NCBI GenBank assembly: GCA_963681965.1
Contig: OY820579.1
Span: 1,408,001 to 1,472,000 of the forward strand
From: a bacterium
GTDB taxonomy: Bacteria > Electryoneota > JAOADG01
DNA: 64,000 bases
Reading direction: 5' to 3'
Shown: one piece after another, positions 8,595-16,399 of the stretch
How positions within the stretch are numbered: position 1 is the first letter of the stretch
Layout: each line of letters begins with the position of its first letter
Translations under genes and position numbers: made by a program
The notes under the pieces: generated by a model
Seen by the model: the letters and a program-made list of their open reading frames with translations, nothing else
The model's database searches: none
Told to the model about the DNA's origin: nothing

Positions 8595-10645
8595 ACCGGA
8601 TATACATCTCACTTCTGTTATTGTTGACATGTAGTTTTCTGGCGATTGCCGCTACGCCGAATCCCCCCGCAGTATCGCATAAGATTGCGTTTACGCTGAA
8701 TCCGACGACTCAAATGCTAACGGGAATCGATACTATTTCCATTCACCACGGCAACCATAAATTCTATCTTGCGAAGAAATGCGATGCCAGCATTGTCGAT
8801 ATCACCGACAAAAAAAACGAGCCGCTGAAACTGGTGACGGCGAATCTGTTGGCGAAAACCGATGCCGAAGAGTGGGAAGCGAATGCGAATGCAATCGAAA
8901 TCAGTGGACCGAAAACAGTAGTTGCGAATTGGAGTGGCGTTTTCAACGATTCTTCCGCCAACGTGCAATTTTCACGCGAACAAGTCGCCGGTGTTCCTGA
9001 AGGGGTTATTGCCAAACAAGGAATTTTTCTATCGACCTCGGCGCTGTTTTATCCGATCGAATTCAATACTGTCCATGAATATACAGTGACGATTTCGACT
9101 CCGAGCGGTTGGACACCCATCACGACCGGGTTACGAACTAAAATCGGTCTTGCTCCGGAAGGTTTTGTCAATTGGTCGTTTGGTGGACCGTGGCAGAACG
9201 AAGGTTTGAGTATTGCTGCCGGTGAGTTTATTGTTCGATCTACCGACACACTCGGCATCTCCATCGAAACCTGTTTCTCGCCTGCACGCGATTCGCTTGC
9301 ACCAACCTACTTAGCTGCGGCGAAAAAGTATATTGCACGTTACTCACGCGAATTTGGAGCTTACCCTTGGCCATCATTTGCCATGGTCGAAGCATTTTTT
9401 CCCGCTGGTTATGGACTTCCGGGATACACTTTCCTCGGATCGGAAGTCATAGCATTGCCGTTTATCGTCACAACTTCGCTCGGTCATGAAGTTTTGCACA
9501 ATTGGTGGGGGAACGGCGTGTTCGTTTCCAGTAGCGGAAATTGGTGTGAGGGTCTGACGACATTTGGCGCCGATTGGGCGTACAAAACCGATCGTGGCGA
9601 GGATGCCGAGTATCGTCGTGGTTTGATCAAAGATTATGCCAGTTATGTCAACAATGGCAACGATTTTCCACTTCGCAAATTTACCTCGCGTTCCAGTGGC
9701 GCTACCCGCGCAGTCGGATACAACAAGTGCGCATTTCTGTTCTATGCATTAAAAAATCGAATCGGTGACGATGCCTTCAATCGCGCGCTACAGCGATTCT
9801 ACGCACAGTACCGGTATCGGTTCGCCGGATGGGACGAATTACGCGAGTGTTTCCAACAGGAAGCGCCGCATGAATCGTTGAAGTATTTCTTCCGTGATTG
9901 GATCGACGAGACTGGTGCGGTTGAGTTGAAGAATTTATCGATGAAGAATGTCGGCAAAACGACCGAGATTTCACTCGCTGTTTCCGGAAAACCATTCCCG
10001 ACATGGATTCCCGCCAAATTAAGCAATGGCGATAGTTCCCGGATCGTCCAGATCGACGGAAGAACCATTCGCAACGGGAAATTGACTTGGAGTAGTGCGA
10101 TCGAATCGACCATTCACAATTGGCAACCGAATGAAGTGACCATCGATCCCTATTATCAAGTCTGGCGTAAACCGGCTCCGGGCGAGATCCCCCCGTCACT
10201 ATCTGATCTGTACGGTGCGAAAAAAGTCGGTTGTTGGATCGAGGGAAATGGCGATTGGCAACTCGATTCTGCGTTGAGAAAATTAGCCGTGTCGCTGTTC
10301 GATACCACCGTCGTCTGGCTGAAAACAACCGAAGAATTTCCCGAGATCCCGATTGTCACACTTCGGAAAGATATATCGAAAACAGCACTCTATCTGCACG
10401 AACCGACACCCGAGCAGAAATTGCTGTTCGGCAAACCGCTCTTTGAAGTGAAAAACGAAGGGAAGCGAATCGTCGGTTTGATCTCTGTTGACAATCTTGC
10501 CGGTGTATCCTACTTGCAGCGCAAGGCACCCCATTACGGGAAATATTCCCGAATCGTCTTTGATGAGACTGGTAAGAACATTATCAAAGATCTGGCTCAA
10601 CCCGGGAAACACGCGCTTCACTACGTATTGCCGCAAGCTAAATAG
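8591..10645 (+). CDS. secreted M1-family metallo-aminopeptidase
   Basis: Signal peptide, HEVLHNWWGN...NWCEGL zinc motif, VGYNK catalytic Tyr. Confidence 0.85.
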   Translation: MNRIYISLLLLLTCSFLAIAATPNPPAVSHKIAFTLNPTTQMLTGIDTISIHHGNHKFYLAKKCDASIVDITDKKNEPLKLVTANLLAKTDAEEWEANANAIEISGPKTVVANWSGVFNDSSANVQFSREQVAGVPEGVIAKQGIFLSTSALFYPIEFNTVHEYTVTISTPSGWTPITTGLRTKIGLAPEGFVNWSFGGPWQNEGLSIAAGEFIVRSTDTLGISIETCFSPARDSLAPTYLAAAKKYIARYSREFGAYPWPSFAMVEAFFPAGYGLPGYTFLGSEVIALPFIVTTSLGHEVLHNWWGNGVFVSSSGNWCEGLTTFGADWAYKTDRGEDAEYRRGLIKDYASYVNNGNDFPLRKFTSRSSGATRAVGYNKCAFLFYALKNRIGDDAFNRALQRFYAQYRYRFAGWDELRECFQQEAPHESLKYFFRDWIDETGAVELKNLSMKNVGKTTEISLAVSGKPFPTWIPAKLSNGDSSRIVQIDGRTIRNGKLTWSSAIESTIHNWQPNEVTIDPYYQVWRKPAPGEIPPSLSDLYGAKKVGCWIEGNGDWQLDSALRKLAVSLFDTTVVWLKTTEEFPEIPIVTLRKDISKTALYLHEPTPEQKLLFGKPLFEVKNEGKRIVGLISVDNLAGVSYLQRKAPHYGKYSRIVFDETGKNIIKDLAQPGKHALHYVLPQAK

Positions 10646-10670
10646 AGATATGATCGAGTCTTGAGAATTT

Positions 10671-10699
10671 GGGGTGGTCGCAACCACCCCTTTTTTTTT
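10671..10699 (+). terminator. intrinsic terminator
   Basis: GGGGTGGT-CGCA-ACCACCCC followed by T9. Confidence 0.9.
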
Positions 10700-10838
10700 G
10701 TTTCGAATTGACAATCGTGAAAAATCTTGCAAATTTTCAATTTTCTATTGCACAATCAAAATTAACCCATTATTCTATAGATAGCTTACATGGCACTGCC
10801 GGCATGATTGTTGGTGAAACAAAATCAAATGGGGCAGG

Positions 10839-11084
10839 ATGATGGAAACGCAAATTGAATTTCAGCCGGCACTTCAAGTAGTCGATCTGAATATCTTGAA
10901 AGATGCAGCTCAGCATTTACTGCAACTCGGGTACCCTTCGCAGATTAAACCTTGGGAAGAAGTTACCCCTTCCGAATTGGAAGAATGGATGAATCCTGCG
11001 CAAGGGGGATACCTCCTTTCGCTTCCCGCAGATAATTTTTTCCAAGCGATGAATGAACTGGGTAAAATCTATAAAGCCACCTGA
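10839..11084 (+). CDS. hypothetical small acidic protein
   Basis: 81-aa ORF with purine-rich upstream sequence; no recognisable family. Confidence 0.5.
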   Translation: MMETQIEFQPALQVVDLNILKDAAQHLLQLGYPSQIKPWEEVTPSELEEWMNPAQGGYLLSLPADNFFQAMNELGKIYKAT

Positions 11085-11254
11085 TAGAGGAGGATTTTAC
11101 TCTAAGAATTGTAAGTATACCCCGAAATTGTTTTTAATTGATCGGAACCTTTTACTTCGAGGCGGTGTTTATATGTTGAACCCGCTATATCGAGTAAATC
11201 TATATTATTTCATAGAATTATTTAGATCGCTTTCTCATCCTTGGAGTTGCTGCT

Positions 11255-11896
11255 ATGACTGTCGCACCATTGAAGCGATACCGAATTCCCCACTTCCCAA
11301 CCTATGATTTTTTGCTCGAACATCCCATACTACTGGAGAAGCTACCAGACCGCTGGTGCAACAATAAGCTAGTGATGCTCGCGCTCGGAACACTGTCTTT
11401 TATGATGGGAAGCTGCAAGCCGGATGAACCAAAATGGGAAGGTGGAATTGTTGTACCAATTTTGACTGAAAATGAAGCACAACAGATTATCCGGGAAGAA
11501 GCGTCAACTGCTGGGATCACTTTCATCACCGACTCGCTCACAATACCTAATGTGAGAATTCCCATAAGCTTTATCAGATACTCTCATCCATCGGATTCAG
11601 TTCATCTCACTCCCGAAACCAACTTAACGCTCGACGGTCACGACACATTACGTCAGATCAGCTACGAATTCATATCGGAAACAGATTTATCCCAGTGGAG
11701 AATTCAATCGGATACGTTATACGAAATTTATAATATTAACCGCTCGAAAACTGCTAGGGAGCTTCAGACTGAACTCCGGACGCAGCGACCGGATCTGCAT
11801 GTGGGGGTATTTTCTGAGCAAAATGGCAACCCACAAGATCTCCGCCAACAGGTACGGGATTTCATCTCGTGGCTGCATCAACAAGGAGTTTACTAG
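11255..11896 (+). CDS. radical SAM-associated putative lipoprotein, paralog 1
   Basis: Shared 34-aa leader, h-region, MGSC (Cys54), conserved domain ending LRQQVRDFISWLHQQGVY. Confidence 0.85.
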   Translation: MTVAPLKRYRIPHFPTYDFLLEHPILLEKLPDRWCNNKLVMLALGTLSFMMGSCKPDEPKWEGGIVVPILTENEAQQIIREEASTAGITFITDSLTIPNVRIPISFIRYSHPSDSVHLTPETNLTLDGHDTLRQISYEFISETDLSQWRIQSDTLYEIYNINRSKTARELQTELRTQRPDLHVGVFSEQNGNPQDLRQQVRDFISWLHQQGVY

Positions 11897-11897
11897 C

Positions 11898-12533
11898 ATG
11901 TTGGTTGAACCACTTCGAAGATACGATACTCCGAAGTATCCAAACTTCGAGGGCACCGTGCAGCATCCGGAAATACTGCAAACAATTCCACACCGGTGGC
12001 GTCACAATAGCTGGGTATTTTTTTCTCTGAGCACGGTTGTTTGGTTCTGCACCGGTTGTCCTTGGGGAGGTGGATTTGCTACACACGGCATACCGCCCTC
12101 TGAAGCTGAGATGTTAGCAATTATCAACAGCGAAGCTCGAACAGCCGGAATTGTATTCAAGGGCGATACGCTAACGTTACCGAATGTGTCGTTACCTCTG
12201 CACTTTTCCACTCCTCATCACACCGATACTCTTTGTCCATCGTCGCCTATCGGTTTGAACATGGATGGATTCGATTCCACACATTCAATCGCCTATGAAT
12301 TCGTCGCATGGGAAGATCTCGACGCGTGGAACCGACTCGTATCGATTGAAGCATATCAATCCCTAATGATGAGGCAAACGGCAGAAGCGCTTCAAACGCA
12401 ATTGCGCGCGGATCATCCCGAATTGAAAATCGGTGTATTCCATGAGCCGAATTATCAGGGATCCGATACTCTTAATATCCGACAGCAAGTACAATCATTT
12501 ATCGCTTGGATCCGGTCACAGGGAGTGATGTAA
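11898..12533 (+). CDS. radical SAM-associated putative lipoprotein, paralog 2
   Basis: Start reassigned to ATG 11898 (SD AAGGAG, alignment with paralogs); CTGC (Cys54). Confidence 0.85.
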   Translation: MLVEPLRRYDTPKYPNFEGTVQHPEILQTIPHRWRHNSWVFFSLSTVVWFCTGCPWGGGFATHGIPPSEAEMLAIINSEARTAGIVFKGDTLTLPNVSLPLHFSTPHHTDTLCPSSPIGLNMDGFDSTHSIAYEFVAWEDLDAWNRLVSIEAYQSLMMRQTAEALQTQLRADHPELKIGVFHEPNYQGSDTLNIRQQVQSFIAWIRSQGVM

Positions 12534-12535
12534 CG

Positions 12536-13174
12536 ATGTTGATCCAACCGGTACGAAACTACCAAATTCCGAAATATCCCGTCTTCGCGGAAGTGCAATA
12601 CTATCCCGATTTAATGGAGACGATGCCCGCTTGCTGGGGGCATAGTAAATTCGCAATGTCTTCTTTCAGTGCCATAGCGATGTTGGTGTTGAGTGGCTGT
12701 CCCATTTTTTCCCGGACTGCCGGACCACCTTCGATACCACCAGTGATGACCGAATCCGAAGCTGCGCAAATTATCCTGCAAGTTGCCGATTCCGCCGGTG
12801 TTCATTTTAACGGCAGTCAGTTGACGTTGAACAATATTAGCATTCCTTTGCATTTCTATAGCGACACGACCACAACCGATACCCTCCATCATACCGCGAT
12901 CACCAATCTGGTGTTTGATGGTAACGATACAACGCATCACGTAGCATACGAATATATTTCATCGGAAGACTTGTCGATCTGGCGCAATCTGGATACTAGC
13001 AGGATATACCGATCAATCGATGGTGTGAAAACTGCCAGAGATCTTCAAAGTGAACTGAGAGTTCTTCGACCGGATTTACACATTGGTGCGTTTTATCCCT
13101 CCAATTACGAAGACGAATTGCGCCAACAAGTACGGGATTTCATCGCATGGTTGCGAACCGAAGGGGTGATTTGA
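12536..13174 (+). CDS. radical SAM-associated putative lipoprotein, paralog 3
   Basis: Start ATG 12536 (SD GGGAG); canonical lipobox LSGC (Cys55). Confidence 0.85.
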   Translation: MLIQPVRNYQIPKYPVFAEVQYYPDLMETMPACWGHSKFAMSSFSAIAMLVLSGCPIFSRTAGPPSIPPVMTESEAAQIILQVADSAGVHFNGSQLTLNNISIPLHFYSDTTTTDTLHHTAITNLVFDGNDTTHHVAYEYISSEDLSIWRNLDTSRIYRSIDGVKTARDLQSELRVLRPDLHIGAFYPSNYEDELRQQVRDFIAWLRTEGVI

Positions 13175-13176
13175 CA

Positions 13177-13938
13177 ATGCTAATCGAACCGATCAAACGC
13201 TATCCCAAACCCAATTACCCCATCTTCCAGTTTGTGCAGGAACACCCCGAATTGCTCGAGAAATTGCCGAAGCAGTGGTTCAACAATCCCGTGCTGCTAA
13301 GTGCTGCATGTGCTGCCGGAATGCTGATCGGTTGCGATCACGGAACCACCAGTCCCTCGACGATGAGATCCAGTAGTGTTGCTCCGGTCTATGCCCATGG
13401 TGAGGGAAGAGCGATTTGGGGCGGAGTCATTTTCGGTGCGGCGTATAGTTTTTTTACCGAAGCCGAAGCGCGGCGATTAATATTGGATGAATTTACGGCT
13501 GCGGGGTATTCGATTACCGATACGACAAAAGCCATCGAAAATGTGAAAATTCCGGCAACGAGCTATTTCGAAACGTTGGATAGCGTCGTTACGTATTTTC
13601 CGACCACAGTATCGCGATTGCAGCTTGATGGTTACGATTCGACTTTGTCGATTGGTTACGAATTTGTTTCCGATGACGATTTCTATAATTGGCGGAGATC
13701 GGATTCGGTGCTCAGCACAGTCTATGTCGAAAATTTGAAAACGACTGCAGAACGTCTGCGACAGGGATTAATGAAGAAACAGACCAATACACATCTTGGT
13801 GTTTTCTACGATCCACTAACATATTACCTGGGGTATGACGCTGCCGATTCGGTAGTAGCAGCGCAAAAGAATAAAACCGAACTGCAACGCCAAGTTCGAG
13901 ATTTCATCGGGTGGCTGCGGTCACAAGGAGCTTTATAA
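13177..13938 (+). CDS. radical SAM-associated putative lipoprotein, paralog 4
   Basis: Start ATG 13177; LIGC (Cys53); VAPVYAHGEGRAIWGG segment. Confidence 0.85.
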   Translation: MLIEPIKRYPKPNYPIFQFVQEHPELLEKLPKQWFNNPVLLSAACAAGMLIGCDHGTTSPSTMRSSSVAPVYAHGEGRAIWGGVIFGAAYSFFTEAEARRLILDEFTAAGYSITDTTKAIENVKIPATSYFETLDSVVTYFPTTVSRLQLDGYDSTLSIGYEFVSDDDFYNWRRSDSVLSTVYVENLKTTAERLRQGLMKKQTNTHLGVFYDPLTYYLGYDAADSVVAAQKNKTELQRQVRDFIGWLRSQGAL

Positions 13939-13940
13939 TC

Positions 13941-14735
13941 ATGCTAATCGAACCGGTTAAACGTTATGAAACTCCGCAATACCCGGCGTTCGAATATGTG
14001 CAAGAACACCCGGAAATCCTAAAGAAATTACCGAAGCGATGGCACGACCACAAACACGCAATCGCTGCAGTATCGATATTTGCATTAATAGTGGGAATCA
14101 GCCAAAGTAAAAATGTATTCAGCCTAAATGATAACATGACAGATAGTTTAAGATCCAGTTATCGAGATGGAAAATTGTCTTGGGGAGGAGAAGGTTCTAT
14201 GCAGCCTCAATCAAAATTTTTTACTGAAGCGGAAGCGAAATGTATTATCGATGACGAAGCAGCAAAATCGGGAATACAATTTAACTTGGGTACACGCGTT
14301 TTATCGAATGTGGAAGTACCAAAAACTTCGACCTATCTAAACTATCCTTCACAACGACAACTGGGAAATAGGATACGAAATCTTGAACTTGATGGCTTCG
14401 ATTCTGTCAAGAAAATAGGATTTGAATTTATTTCGTTAGACGATTTCAATGCATGGAAAGATTCGAGTAATATTAATGGAAGCACTCGCGGCGAAATCAA
14501 TCTGAAACAAACCGCGCAAGAATTACGAAATGGGTTAGAAAAAAAATCGTTACACATGCATATCGGCGTTTTCTACGATCCGATAGGGTCGGAATATTCT
14601 AAGTACACTCATTTCGCCGATCCTTCAATGAATACTGATAAAATGAACCGGAAATTAAGTCAAGAGACGGAACAAGCACTACGAATCCAAGTCCAAGAAT
14701 TTGTTAAGTGGATGAAAGAGCAAGGAGCGCAATAA
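13941..14735 (+). CDS. radical SAM-associated exported/membrane-anchored protein, paralog 5 (no lipobox Cys)
   Basis: Start ATG 13941; same leader and C-terminal domain; hydrophobic stretch without a following Cys. Confidence 0.85.
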   Translation: MLIEPVKRYETPQYPAFEYVQEHPEILKKLPKRWHDHKHAIAAVSIFALIVGISQSKNVFSLNDNMTDSLRSSYRDGKLSWGGEGSMQPQSKFFTEAEAKCIIDDEAAKSGIQFNLGTRVLSNVEVPKTSTYLNYPSQRQLGNRIRNLELDGFDSVKKIGFEFISLDDFNAWKDSSNINGSTRGEINLKQTAQELRNGLEKKSLHMHIGVFYDPIGSEYSKYTHFADPSMNTDKMNRKLSQETEQALRIQVQEFVKWMKEQGAQ

Positions 14736-14738
14736 CCG

Positions 14739-15878
14739 ATGCACCTGACGCTCCACCTGACCGGTCAATGCAATTTTCGCTGCAGCTACTGTTATGCCGA
14801 GAAGAATCCAGTCGATATGAGCTTTGAAACGGCGCAGAAAGCCATTCAGATGTCGCTGCGGATGCTCGAAGAAAAGCAGAGTGATAGTAGTCTGGGCATA
14901 GTTTTCTTCGGTGGCGAACCACTTTTGCGCAAACCGTTGATCCGCGAGATCATGACCTATTGCAAGCGCATCGAGACCGAAACGAAACGCCCCTTCCATT
15001 TCAAAATGACCACCAACGGCATGTTGCTCGACGAAGCATTTCTCACCGATCCGCTCACCTCACAAATCATGATTGCATTGAGTCACGACGGTATCCCGGC
15101 AGCACACGATGCTCACCGCCACGATGTCGGTGGACATCCCACTTCGCAAAAATTGGATCCGGTAATCGATCTACTGCTGAAACATCAACCCTATGCGCTG
15201 GTGATGCAAGTGGTTTCACCGGACACCGTGCCGTATTATGCACAATCGGTTCGCTACCACTATGCGTGCGGTTTCCGGTACCTAATCTATACGCTTGATT
15301 TCAAAGCGGATTGGAATGATAAGTCGTTTAAAGACCTTGCAAAGCAGTATAAGGAGTTGGCAGAGTGGTATGAGACCATGACATTGAAGGAAAAGAAATT
15401 TTATTTCAGCCCGTTCGATAAAAAAATCGCCAGCCATATTTTTCCGGAAGAGTGTAACGGCGAACGTTGCGACTTCGGAAAACGACAAGTCTCGGTCGCT
15501 GCAACCGGAAGGATCTTTCCCTGCATTCAATTTGTCGGCGATGGGAGCGACTCGCGGTTCTGTATCGGCGATGTCGAAACCGGTATCGATCAGAAGCGAA
15601 GCGCTAAACTCTACTTCGAGAATTTCGCCGAGAAAGCATCGTGCTTCGATTGCGCCATCAAAGAGCGCTGCAATCAGTACTGCGGCTGTATCAATCTTCA
15701 TACTACCGGCAAGATCAATACCGTCTCACCATACCTTTGCGCACATGAACGAATCGTCCTGCCGATTGCCGATCGGTTAGCGGAGAAGCTCTATAAAAAA
15801 CGGAGTGCGATGTTTATTCAGAAACAGTACAATCATCTTTACCCGCTACTGTCGCTGGTCGAGGATCGGACACGATAG
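14739..15878 (+). CDS. radical SAM/SPASM protein, putative peptide/protein maturase
   Basis: CNFRCSYC, FFGGEPLL, TTNG, SPASM C-X12-G-X4-C and C-X2-C-X5-C-X3-C(GC)...C. Confidence 0.92.
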   Translation: MHLTLHLTGQCNFRCSYCYAEKNPVDMSFETAQKAIQMSLRMLEEKQSDSSLGIVFFGGEPLLRKPLIREIMTYCKRIETETKRPFHFKMTTNGMLLDEAFLTDPLTSQIMIALSHDGIPAAHDAHRHDVGGHPTSQKLDPVIDLLLKHQPYALVMQVVSPDTVPYYAQSVRYHYACGFRYLIYTLDFKADWNDKSFKDLAKQYKELAEWYETMTLKEKKFYFSPFDKKIASHIFPEECNGERCDFGKRQVSVAATGRIFPCIQFVGDGSDSRFCIGDVETGIDQKRSAKLYFENFAEKASCFDCAIKERCNQYCGCINLHTTGKINTVSPYLCAHERIVLPIADRLAEKLYKKRSAMFIQKQYNHLYPLLSLVEDRTR

Positions 15879-15979
15879 GTGATGGGGGGTAGGGTGTGGG
15901 GATTAGGAAAAGATCGGGTGGACATATTCTTGTTCGCCCATTAGATAAACTGTATCTGAAAACATTTTGTGTCTTGATT

Positions 15980-16046
15980 TGTCGTTGCGAGGACTGCAAC
16001 GAAGGAACGTGCAAAGCACTTCCGAAGCGGAAGGACGAAGCAACCT
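15980..16046 (+). repeat. TGTC-headed palindromic element (same family as 22738-23788)
   Basis: TGTCGTTGCGAG...internal hairpin...GACGAAGCAACCT. Confidence 0.7.
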
Positions 16047-16156
16047 CCTCCTGTGTCTTGTCAATAAGACGATTGTGAAATGCCCGCAAGTCAGGTGAAG
16101 CCTGACACACCTTTGTGAAGATCTCCTGCCGCAAACGACTGAAATCGAATTAGATA

Positions 16157-16399
16157 CTACTTCAACAACACGATCTTCTGTGTCTTCGCAAAATCTCCAG
16201 CATTCAACCGCACGAAATACGTTCCGGTGGCCAGCGACTTCCCATCGAACTGGAAGGTGTATTCGCCGGGATCCTGATGGAAGTCTACGAGCTTTGCCAC
16301 TTCTCTTCCAGCAATGTCGTACACCCGCAAATCGACTTTCCTTGTCTTCGCAATCGTATATCGAATCTCGGTTGTAGCGTTGAAGGGATTGGAGTGTGA
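16157..16399 (-). pseudogene. orphan T9SS type A sorting (C-terminal) domain remnant
   Basis: Manual translation SHSNPFNATTEIRYTIAKTRKVDLRVYDIAGREVAKLV...SLATGTYFVRLNAGDFAKTQKIVLLK*; no start codon; resembles the C-termini of the genes at 24103 and 37288. Confidence 0.85.

Noticed and set aside
11799-13940. Longer ORF-track starts (11799, 12506, 13147, 13911)
   Set aside because: Paralog alignment and SD positions place the starts at 11898, 12536, 13177 and 13941.
11255-14735. Diversity-generating retroelement targets
   Set aside because: No reverse transcriptase and no near-identical template/variable repeat pair; the paralogs diverge throughout.
14739-15878. Anaerobic sulfatase-maturating enzyme
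   Set aside because: Same SPASM architecture, but no sulfatase is nearby and the upstream proteins lack the C/S-x-P-x-R motif.
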